From Podarcis melisellensis (taxonomy: Eukaryota), in assembly GCA_964234715.1 (NCBI GenBank), contig OZ174276.1: a stretch of DNA of 64,000 nucleotides; one strand, 5' to 3'. Numbering within the stretch: position 1 is the stretch's first letter; each line of letters opens with the position of its first letter. The translations under genes were made by a program, and so were the position numbers. Positions 25,000 through 36,300 of the stretch are shown piece after piece. Below the pieces are notes generated by a model. That model did not search any database. It worked only from the letters and a program-made list of their open reading frames with translations, and was not told the DNA's origin.

Positions 25000-26200
25000 C
25001 GTGAGAAAAGGGCAGGGTCTTTAACAATGCGAAGAGGGAGCCTCCTTCACTACGAAGCAACCACAGCCCAGCCATGTGGAGCTAAGAAGCCGAGCTTCCA
25101 AGTCAGGCATCAGACGTCCTGAGGGTGCCTTAAATACCAGCATCAGGGCCCCGTTTAACCAAGACGCCAAGCAGGCAGGCAAGGATCTATCTCGCACACG
25201 CGGAGCCGCCTTCAAAGGCCGCTGCGGAGCAATGTTTGCACGCCATAGCAACGCCTTCCTGGCCTGCGGGTCTGCGGCGTCCCGGCAGCGCCCACACAGG
25301 CGCGTGCAAAGTCGCCCCCTGTTCCTCTCGCGGGCCCGGCGTCACGTGTGAACGGCGGCCTGGATCCAGGTGTTCGCCTCCCCGCCCTTGCAGGGAAGTC
25401 TCGGGAGCGCGGGAAATGTAGGTCAGGGCGGAGGGATACGCTGCCTCTGGCCGGCCTCCCTAAGCCTCCTGGGTGGCGTGTGCGATTAAGACAAGCTGGA
25501 GCCTGCGCCTGCCCCCTCCGGCTGCATTCCGCACCGGCTACGCGGCCTCCTCTCCGCCCCCGGCTCCTGCCCGGCCAGCGCGGAAGCGGGGAATTTCCTG
25601 GCACCACTTGCGGAACAGGAAGGCGGAAATGAAAGCAGCGCCGAGCCAAAATAGATCGGGGAGGGGAAGGGAGCGGCGGCGGCGAGGGGTTTCGACTCTC
25701 TTAAAGGCGCAGAAGTCGCGATCGGATGAAAGGGTTTCCAATGTATATTCAAAACAAAGCCGGTGGGCGGGCGTTCACGAATCCACACGATCCTTTCTCG
25801 CCCGCTTCCCCAAACACACTCGTCTTTCTGGTCTAAAGAGGTTCTGCCCCAGGTCAACGCGATTTAGAGCGCCGACGCCGTGCGAAGAAAGGAAAACCCA
25901 TTCCCCGCCCCCGGCTCGCACCCTCTTGCTTCTGAGTAAGCTTGCTTGCCAGTCCCCCGGCTCCGTACAACGCTAGAATTTCCTCCAACGCTTCGAAGAC
26001 AGCATGGAGTGGGGAGATTGGCGAGGGTAATTTTAGTTGGCTAATCTGAAGTCGCCGCCTTTTGTTGCTGCGTGTACCACTCCTGCTTTTGTACTCTAAA
26101 CCGCAGAGCGACACTGTACGGAACTGAAGCAGGCGAAGCTTTATCTGCCATGCTAGAGAAAGCTTCGCTTAATTCTTGCCTGGCACGGTTCGGTGATATT
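25000..26200. promoter_or_regulatory. Orphan CpG island with housekeeping-promoter motifs
   Basis: High CpG density; E-box/CRE GTCACGTG about 25341, TCTCGCG about 25326, ZNF143-like GGGAAATGTAG about 25411, ETS motifs CGGAAGC/GGCGGAAAT at 25581-25630, GC boxes; no recognisable coding exon. Confidence 0.65.
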
Positions 26201-27421
26201 AGCAAAGCCAGTTAAAATACGTGACCAACCACAACTTTTTATCAATTTAAAGTGATCGCAAGGGCATCTGTCCTGAGATACTTACTCGAGGGCCTTTCCA
26301 TCCTTTGTGCAGCGGCACAATTATAAACTAAGCAAACCTTTCCCCGTTTCCCATGACTGACAGCCCCTTCAAATTCTCCTGTGATCCCAGCTCCCTACAA
26401 CAGGCCCTCCCAGGCTGGATTCCCTCCCAGTCTGGGGTCGCAGCCCCTCTTGCTTGGTATTCCAGCTCTACCACTCCCCCAGACCAGTCAAGCGTCCCCC
26501 CTCCTCACAAAGATATGCAGGAGGATTTGTCTGGAAGGCAGAAAGCCTAGAAAAAAATGGGGAGGGGGAAGAGAGCGCCTGAATCAACAGCTGCATCCCA
26601 TTCCCTGGCACTTAGCCAAAGAGCCTTAAAGCAAATGAGAAGAATAATGCTGCAGTCTTTCCCTTGCTGTTTGATTGTTCTTGTTTTATGTAAAAGGTAA
26701 TACTAGACTTAATAGTGCAAAATCATTCACTTCATTTACTGCTGCCATCTCGTTCTAAACTCAAACTCTAGTACAAATCTGACTAGTCACCCACAAAATA
26801 TGCATTGCATAAAACAATCCTTTGTTATTGTTTTAAATCCTTTGTTGAATCACATTCATTGTATGTGCAAAAATACACATATACAAACAGGTGCGAGCTG
26901 CTCAATGCACATTTTTTCAGCTGAAGAGCATGGTAAAACTACTGCAAATAAATCCAAAGATTTTAACATAAAATCAATATTGAGCAAGGTTGCCGCCTCG
27001 GACACCTTCAGAATACAGGGCTAGATGTGGGACGCTGTCTGACGAAATGCCTTTACTGTACAGCACTCCTGCTCTGATTACAGGCTACAGTGGGAAGTTA
27101 CCTAGCAGTACAGAGATATGTACAGAAATGAGTTTCCCAAGAGATGATTTCTGTGGTATGCTAATTGGCTTCAGTACTTGATTCTAAAAGCAGATGCTTC
27201 TTTTAATTGGTTTGTAAAAGTTGAGGAAGTTGTTATTCTGAATAGGAGTATTTCCTTTTTTAACGGGGCAGAAAACCCGAACAGTACAGGAAGTACAGTC
27301 AGAGCACACTGTAGATGTTTGGTTGGCTAAGAACTAAACTGCAGTTCAAGTGAAATGCATTACGTATTAACACAGTAAGCCAAGTTGGCAATGTAGCCAA
27401 AGCATCTCTAATAACCATCAC

Positions 27422-27427
27422 TTTATT
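27422..27427 (-). terminator. WDR83OS: WDR83OS poly(A) signal
   Basis: TTTATT on plus (AATAAA on minus) about 130 nt past the stop codon. Confidence 0.65.
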
Positions 27428-27555
27428 AATGCAGCAAAATGAGTACTCCCAAGACATGTGCAAATGGATCTGCATTGCCTGAGAAAATAGTCCTCTCTGT
27501 TGAGGGCGTGCACCCCTGTTTTGCAAGAGGAGCTCTGAAGAGAGGCAATAACCTT

Positions 27556-29619
27556 TCACCAAGGAGGAGACATGGGTTGTGGGTTTTGCAGATAGGACAT
27601 CACTACAGCCGAGATAGACAACCTGGAAAGAAGACAGGAGTTATAATCAGGGCAGGAACGTTAATATTACACCAATAATAGCAATGGAAATAGTAATGTC
27701 AACAGAATGAATTACAAATGTGACCAAAGAATCTCAGTGTGTTCAGTGTATTCAAATTAAAAAGTTTATACGGGATGTGTTACTAAGCTTGCTTGGGAAC
27801 TGTGTATTTGACTTGAGTTTGAACCTGATTGTGGATGCTGTGTGTGCATCCCTCAGAGACACTGGAGGATTGGGGAATGAGTCTGGTACAAGGGGAACCT
27901 CTTTCTACTGCAGCCGCTAGACCAATTCGAACAGCTAGCCACAGATAGAGCTGGCTCAGAAAATTAGCACCATAGCCACATTAAAGTGAGCTAGCATGTA
28001 CATTAGGATCCTTGGGATCAGGGATGTGGAGCCTGTAGTCTATCAATATCTGGAGGGCTACAACTTTATAAACATCCCTGACTCTAGCCATGCTGGCTGG
28101 GGCTGATGTGGCTTAGAACCCAACATCTGGAGAGCCCCAGCCCCCCAGCCCTAGTCTGGCTAGTGAAGCAACACTTCAAGGTTTCTGGGAAGTAAATGAC
28201 ATAATCAGAAAGAATGGAACTTATTAAGAAAAAGGCAGAATAAACATTTATCTGTGAATACGTTATTACAAGGTCCGAATGATTAAGGCTACCCCAAAAT
28301 GAGGTTGAATAGATTAGGAGGAAAAGGAAGAAGTATTGTTATCAATGATTAATTTGCTGAGACAAGCAGCAAAAGAGAAATTATCAGTGTGGTAGGTTAA
28401 ATATAACTAGACAAATTAGCCCAGACTGGATTTGGGCGTGGGGAAGATTGGATTAGTTACATCCAAGAGCTCCATTGTGGGTATTCAAGGTGCCAGGCTA
28501 CTCATTTTCATTCCAATGAAGGGATCCTCAGGGTGGGGCTTGCCTTGAGCTTTATAATCTTTCAGAGCAATAGTTTCTGGGCAAGAGATGCTGGCTGAAG
28601 TTTCCACACAAGTGCTGTACCCTTAACTTTCCATGTGCAACTGCATACTGTTTGTGGCAAAGGGAAAGCAGCTGTGTGCCTCTTGTCTCAAAGTAAACTT
28701 GGCAGCAGTAAGAAATTAACACAGGACTCAATGAAAGGCTGAAAGAACCTGACTCACATGAAGCTGCTCATCATCTGTTTGGTATCTTCTGAACTCCGAG
28801 AGTTGGCAAAGCTGATGAATGAACAGTAGACAGCAATCCAGGCACACCACTTTAGCTGCAAACAGCACAGAGTAATGTAGTGAAAGCTTTAATGAAGTCT
28901 CAAGGATTAAGCAAAACTATTTATTCCTTAGTAAAAGTGTAAAACCATGATAAGCACTCTGCCTTGTTTCTTTACTCAATTCATAGGAAACTTCCTTATG
29001 GTGAGTCAGGCTATTGCTCCATCTAGCTCAGTATTGTCTACAATGATTGACAATGGCTCTGCAGGGTTTCAGGTAGGGGGACACTGCAATCCTTACTTCA
29101 GGGATGCCAGGGATGGTATTGGGAGCAAAGTAGATGTTCTGTTATTGAGATTACGACCCTTTCCCTTGAGGAACTGCTGCCGAGACCATATAACGCTGGT
29201 CCTGAAAGATCTTCATTGGCTCACAGCAAGTTTCCAAGCACAATTCAGAGTGTTGGTGCTGACCTTTAAATCCCTAAACGGCCTCGGTCCTGTATACCTG
29301 AAGGAGAGTCTCCACCCCCATCCTCCAGCCCGGACACTGAGGTCCAGCCTGAGGTCTTCTGGCGGTTCCCTTGCTGCGAGAAGTGATGTTACAGGGAACC
29401 AGGCAGAGGGCCTTCTTGGTAGTGGCGCATGCCCTGTGGAATGCCCTCCCAGCAGATGTTAAGGCAATAAACAACTATTTTACTTTTAAAAGACAACTGA
29501 AGGCGGCCCTGTTTAGGGAAGTTTTTAATGTCTGATGCTGTATTGTTTTTAATATTCGGTTGGAAGCCACCCAGAGTGTCTGGGGAAACCCAGCCAGATG
29601 GGCGGGTTACAAATAATAA

Positions 29620-29670
<51 letters not shown>

Positions 29671-32137
29671 TAATACTTATTACAATTATTAACTAACGCC
29701 ATTGTTCAAAGACTTGATATAATTTTGGACTCCTACTACAATTGACAGGTGTTATTACCTCTCTTATCTAGAAGAAAAGTGAAGCACTCTGACTCAGAGG
29801 TCTTTATAAGTAATTGCAAATTAGACTCCATAGATAACATGAATTGAAGCATCATGAAATCATTATTTACTCTCAACATTCAAATGATTGATCAGCCTTT
29901 GCGGCCCAATAAATGTTCATCATCTGTGCACTATTCTCTTATCTGACTATTGTGAAGAATTGTTTAGCAGTTGGGTAGCATTCCTTGGAGAGACTAAAAT
30001 AGCAGGGAAATAAGGAAGGTTTAAGCACAGGAATATTATGCAGTTAATCTGACAGAAAGAAGGAAAAGAAGCTGTGTCATTTACTACTAGAATAAGATTC
30101 TCAATCCAGGTCTGTTAGGCACATTAAACTAACCTGGGGTTATTGATGACAGATTACCTTCCAGAGATTATATGATTTTCAAAATTATACAATCCAACAG
30201 CAGTGTAATAATTACAAGATAACAAGCAGCTGGTAGAATCTTGTGCTTAATTTGCTCAGCTAGTGTTCTGCATGTCCTGAAGTCAAAAGGCCAAGCACTG
30301 CAATACTCACCTTCAGCATCAAGCCACACATACTAAAAATCATTCCCAGTAGATTCATGTAGTCTGGTGTGGGGTCTTCCAGGGTAGGGTTATTCTCTGT
30401 GGATGGAGGTTTGTATCTATAAAGTAAAAATCCCAATTATGGTGGAAGGAAAATATTTTAAATTATGCTTGAAAATAAAACATTAGCTTTATCCACCACC
30501 ATATCAAAATAAGGCGTAAGACATCAATGGGAGTTTCTCTGCTGCTAATAAGGCTTTGTGTAGCTTCAAGGCAACATAGAGTTGTTTAGGTGTGGGGAAC
30601 CTTTAGTCCTCCACATGTTGCTGAAGTACAACTCCTATCAGCTCCAGCAAGCATGGCCAATGGCCAGGAATAAAGGGAGTCATATTTAAGTAACATCTGG
30701 AGGCCAAACATTCTCTGAACTTGCTCTAGTGCTGTGGAAAAAGAAATGGTGCCAGTCTCTCACAGTTCAAGAAAAACATCTCTCCTAAAGGTTACTCAGT
30801 CACATCTTTCTGGATTTTCCTAGCACTCATTACATGAATTTGTTGTGGAAATTATATACTGCACTTCTTCTGTATGTTGCAAGAATGAGTGCTTTCTATA
30901 TACCCATGAAATCATTAGTGACCAGCAACACAAGCAACTAATACTATTCTGTAAACTTTTAAAAACTTTGTTTTATAAAAAAAGGTGTAACTGCCCTGTG
31001 TTTCTGGCATGTTCATGTGTCCGTTTTAAAAAAGTGATGGATATGTGTTGGGAAAGGTTTCTAGCTAAGTGACAGCACAACATTCTTTGCATACTTAGGG
31101 TGGAATTCAATGTAGTGCTAAGTAGGCTATATGCATGTACAACATGAGGTCTGCTCATGCAACAATACTCCCCCCTGCCCCCCTAACGCTGTCTGGGGGA
31201 ACCACCCAATCATCCAGTGCATATTTAGGGGGTGGAGCGAGTATATGGTTTAGGAAGTCCTACTGCATATGTGGACTTTGTTCTGTACACGCAACAACGC
31301 TGTTAAATCCTGCCCCAAATGTCTCCAGGTCAATATACAGAGCAAGATGTGCCAAGTGTAAGCACCTATGAGCAAGGTCACCCTGAACGCTACAGCAACA
31401 GCTCACCACTTTCTTTGTCAACAACAAATTGTTGCTCTTTTTTGTGTTGAATATATGCTATATGATAATCTATGGACCTAACAGGTATCTAAAGCCATTT
31501 GCACATAACAAAATATGTATTTTATCAAAGTAATTATTGAACTGAAATACAATTAAGAAGAAGTATATTTTGGAAATGTACATCCAGTTTTTCCCCCTTT
31601 AAATTTTTTTGGGGCCCCCAAGAGAGTGGGGCCCTATGCTATAGCTTGTTAGCTTATACGTAAATCCGGCACTGCACACGCACACACATATATCCCCCGT
31701 AAGTGTGGACTGGTGGCCACACTATTCTCTTTGAACAAGGACTTGCAGTTGGGGGCACATTTTGATCCTCACCAGTCAACCACCACTAGCCATCTCTGTC
31801 CCTGAATCTCCCTCTGCTGCAGTTTCCCCCATGAAAAGTTTCCCCTATTGCCCAGTCTGGTGGCTATTAGGAAAGGCCGCCTCTCTCTCTCTCTCCCTCT
31901 CCCTCCGCCTTGCGTTTCCATGGCGACCCCATGCCCGTCCCGCGCTACAGCGAGGGGTGACGTCTCAGCGCCCCCTTCCGCATCACACGCCACTCCCTCG
32001 GCTCAATCTTTCCGTGCCAAAGGTCGCCCCGCTCGCGCCCTCTCCGTGGCTTTGCCCGGGCAGCCCCCCCGCCCCCCCGCCGCTGACCTGAGAACGCGAT
32101 TTGGCCGCCGCGGGTCCATTACGTTGTTACCGGCCAT
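27556..32137 (-). CDS. WDR83OS: WDR83 opposite strand protein / Asterix (PAT complex subunit), 106 aa
   Basis: Exons 32088-32137, 30311-30416, 28758-28855 and 27556-27622 (321 nt, GT-AG) give [106 protein letters not shown]. Confidence 0.97.
29176..29671 (+). mobile_element. L2-clade LINE 3' fragment with (ATT)n tail (WDR83OS intron)
   Basis: Encodes [14 protein letters not shown]...[21 protein letters not shown], the L2 ORF2 C-terminal HITPxLxxLHWL motif; ends in an (ATT)n microsatellite. Confidence 0.85.
31385..31674. mobile_element. Probable DNA-transposon terminal fragment
   Basis: Ends in GGGGCCC...AGCTTATACGTAAATCCGGCACTG; similar GGGCCCC sub-terminal motifs occur at 1-180. Confidence 0.4.
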
Positions 32138-32500
32138 CGTGCACCGCCTCTGGCTAACTCCGAGCAGCGCCCCCCCCCTCGGTCGCCGCCGCCGCCACAC
32201 CAACTTCCGCTTCCTTTCAGTGGCGCAAGGGGGACAACTAAGAGTGCAACACCCCGGAGTTCAAGTCTTCTCGTTCCGGTCATCATTCCCGAGGCCGCAG
32301 TACTTGGAGACGGTTTAGCGGATTAATCTTCCGTGGGAAGATGCTATGGGTTGCTCAACTGAGGGAAGGAATAAAGAACCTTCGGGGGTTTTTTTCCTGC
32401 CAGGGTGGGGAAATCCACGCTGCGAATGGGCGGAACTAAATATGAGGTAGCTGTGCACCGAGGGGAGCGAATTGGAGGGTTGCGCTGTGTCCTTCATTCA
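31880..32500. promoter_or_regulatory. Bidirectional CpG-island promoter for WDR83OS/WDR83
   Basis: CpG island between the divergent genes with ETS motifs (ACTTCCGC about 32203, TTCCGG about 32274) and a CRE-like TGACGT about 31958. Confidence 0.8.
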
Positions 32501-33304
32501 ATCTTCCTCCTTCCCATAATAAAATCCGGTTTTCAATTGGCAGTTAAACATTTGGGGGAAGCTATAAGAGGTGCTAAGTCGTTTTTCAGTCATGTTGAAT
32601 ATCCTTCCGAATGGGAAGTCTGCGCATGTTTGATTCCTGGTGGTCTGAAGGGACATGGCTGAAACGAAGCAGGTTTGGGTCTGTTCAGTGACCGCCCCGG
32701 AACCACATGTAGAAGAAAGGCGGGATATAAATTTAAGAAAATAAGTAAATCAAGCTATATAGGCAAGGTACTGTAAAGGATAATACAAAATTCCTCAAAA
32801 ATGGCTACCATAGGATAAGAATTAGATTGAGAAGAGCATCAGGGAGTAGCAGAAAGAGTTCTTTGGTGGTTTTCTGCAAGTTTAAAGAACTGTAGGTGTG
32901 CTACAGGGTTTGCTATGTAAAGATAACATTTAACTGGTTTGGAAAGAGAAGGATTTCTAGAGGGTTGGTAGAAACTTGTAAAATAAGATAAGCAAGGCTA
33001 CATGACATAGGTGATTTGCCTTTGCCAATTTTCCTTTCTGGAGAAAAAAATTGTCTTTACCATTGTGAGAAAACTGGTAGCTTGAGTAGCTGTTGCAGCT
33101 GGGACCTGATTTCTCTTTATGCCTGTGTCATTTTGTAATAGGGTGGTATTCCAAATGGAAGAAAAATCCCAGACGCAGGGCAATCCTAACACATCACATC
33201 AATCCACTTTGGGGTTTTCATAGTACTTGAGAATTGGCTGTCAGTTACAGCTGTTGCATCCAGTATAGAAGAATCCCCATATAGCATACCTGCTTGTCTT
33301 CATC

Positions 33305-36300
33305 ATGGCCTTTCCAGAGCCAAAACTGAAGAAGCCTGAGTTGCCAAAGAAACTTCTGGGCACACTGGAATGTAAACAGGGAGCTGTCAGGGCAGTGAGG
33401 TTCAATGGTGAGTGTATTCTTGATCTTATAACATGGTGTTGAATTTTTAGAACCAGAAAAACAAAGCAGAATCTAGTGTGTGATTTACAATTTTTGAAGG
33501 TGAAGTTTTGGTAGCCTGTTGCAGTTAAACCAGCAAGGAGTCTTGTGACGCCTTAGTTAATGCAGGTTTGGGGATGCTGTGACCTGGATGTTACTGGACT
33601 ACAACTCCCATCATTCCTGATTGTTGGCTGGGGCTGGTGGGAGTTGGAATTCAGTAACAGCTGGAGGGTCACAGCTTCTTCTCTTTTGCCTTAAAGAACA
33701 ACAAATTTTATTATGGCATAAGTCTTTGAAAACAATGGTCCGCTTCATCAGATGCATGAAGTGCAATCCTTAGTTACCTGGTATATATACACAGAAAAGT
33801 GCAAAGGGGGAAAACCCAAAAGTTGGCGCTGAATGGCAATGCAATGCATAAAGTATTAGGGCAGTATTCAACTAAAGGTTTGTGCTAGTGCAAGGATTAA
33901 CACTAGCACAGTGGGCTTTTCCCTTCTTCTACACTGTATGCCCTGTGCCATCCCCAAATCCGCTTTGGAGGGTTGTGGGTGGGGAGAAACCCAGAACAGA
34001 TTTAGAGTGGGGGGTGGGGCGAGGGGAGAGAGATACTGTTCCATTGCTCAAGAGGAAATCTTTGCACAGATGGAACATTCAGTTTAGTGCCAAGTTGAAT
34101 ATAATCCTTAGTGATTCACGAGCTAAAGAAAATAATGATTGGGAGAAGGTGTCTATACCGTGGTTATAGGTTTCTTGCTCAGGGAGAAAATTTGTGCCTG
34201 CAGCAGGAATAGTGGAACCTGTGTAGCACATGCAGAAAATAGGAAAGGCAAATCTGTCAGGAACACTGCTGAAGAGTGTTGCATTAGATACTGTTCAATG
34301 AGTTTTTCCTCTCCCACCCACCCTGCAGTGGATGGAAATTATTGTCTCACCTGTGGCAGTGACAAATCACTTAAGCTCTGGAACCCCCTCAAAGGCACTC
34401 TCCTTAAGACTTACAGCGGCCATGGCTATGAAGTTCTGGATGCAGCAGGGTAAGAACTGGGGAGAGGGAGCCACTCTTTTGGAAAAAAGAGATTTTGTGG
34501 TGAAATACCACCAGAAATTTTGAGATGGTATGCCCTTTTAAAATGTGGCTCTTTTTGGGGGGAGGGTTAGTGGGTTGTTGTTTTTATTTTGATTATATAT
34601 ATTGTGGTTTTATATTTTGACTTTGTTCTGTGAACCACCCTGAGACCTCCAGGTATAGGGTAGTACAGTGGTACCTTGGTTTGCATATGTCTTGGTTTGC
34701 ATATGTTTTGGATTACAAACACGTCAAACCCAGAAGTGTGTGTCCTGGTTTGCAACCTTTTTTTGGATTACAACCCATTTCTTTTGGATTACGAAATTTT
34801 TTTTTTTGGGAGGCCCCATTGGCGAAAGCGCGCCTTGGGTTACAACCTGTTTCTGTATTGGATTATGGTTGTAAACCAAGGTACCACTGTATATAAAATC
34901 AATCAATAAAAAAAAAACTGGCTGGAAAGCAGGTGGGTCACTGGTCAGAACTTTTGTGGTCTATGCCTCGTCTACTTTTCTACTGGAGTTGTGAGCAGGG
35001 CAAAGTAGAGTTTTAAGAATTGCTTGGTAAACAAATTAAATCCTGCCTGTGTTGCATAAATTTAACTTTTAATGTTATACAATACAGCTGGAAAACAATT
35101 TATAAAATTCATAATCAAAAGAAAAAGATATGGATGAATAATTTTTTTACATTCCAGAAAGAAAGAAAAATCAATTCTCCATGAAGCTATCAGTTGTATA
35201 TTAAACCAATTTAAATGAATTGTCTTAATTTGCAAAACTTGAACTTGCTAGCTGTTGGGAGGAAACCTGTGAATAGCATAGTAATACTGTCTCACTACCC
35301 AGCCAGTGATAATAGGATATCCTATTCAGTCCCTGCTCCATACATTTGAACCCATGTTTAATGTCCTAAGGTTTGAAACTTGGCTTTTGAAAAATTAAAT
35401 CTGACATTCTTAATACAGTAAGAATACAGTAATTCAGGGAGTTGCACATACAGGAAACAATCAGGATGCTTTCCCTATCATTATCTGTCTCTATCCACTC
35501 TGCAGATCATTTGATAACAGCCAGCTTTGTTCATGTGGTGCAGACAAGACAGTAGTGTTGTGGGATGTTGCCACAGGTCAAGTGATTCGCAAGTTCCGTG
35601 GCCATGCGGGGGTAAGACCTCTTCTGTCCTTTGTCCCTTCCAAGAAAATGGAACAGAGTAACTTCCCTGGATCAGACCACTCTAGTTTAGCATCCTTTTC
35701 ACCACAGTGACCAATCTCAAATCTCACAAGCTAGGTATGAGAGCTTTTGTTTCTCAGTGGCTGGTACTCAAAATCGTGCTGCCTCTGATTTTGGAAGACT
35801 GTAATGTATAGCTGTCATGACTAGTAGCCATTGATAGCTTTATCCTCCATTATTTGTTCAATTCCCTTTCTAAGTCATTTATGTTGGTTGTCATTACCAC
35901 ATCTTGTGGCAGTGAATTCCATAGTTTAACTATGTGCTGTGTTAAGAAATCCTTCCTTTTGACTGTCCTGAATCTTCCACCAGTTTCATTGGATCACCCC
36001 AGGTTATAATGCTATATGACAGGGAGAAAATGTCTGTGTCCACTTTTTCTGTACCCTGTATAATTTTATATACTGCTATCATGTGTGTGCATCCTACTTA
36101 CTCACCTTTCTTCCTAAACTAAAAAGCACCAAATACTGCAATCTTTCTGCATAGGTGGGTTTCTTCACCCACCTGATCATTTTGCTTGCCCTTTTCGGCA
36201 CATGATTCAAATATCCAGCTTTATGCACATAAGAAAGTGAATTCTTCTGAGCTTCCACTGGGGCGTGACGGTAGAAATGTGTCCTGCCTCACAGTGACTG

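Noticed and set aside
25021-26114. ORFs of 76-167 aa in the orphan CpG island, including a possible MAN2B1 exon 1
   Set aside because: No convincing signal peptide or mannosidase motif (HTHDDVGW); many starts are non-ATG; consistent with stop-codon depletion in GC-rich DNA.
28947-29462. 171-aa ORF inside a WDR83OS intron
   Set aside because: Its recognisable part is the degenerate C-terminus of L2 ORF2, not a host gene.
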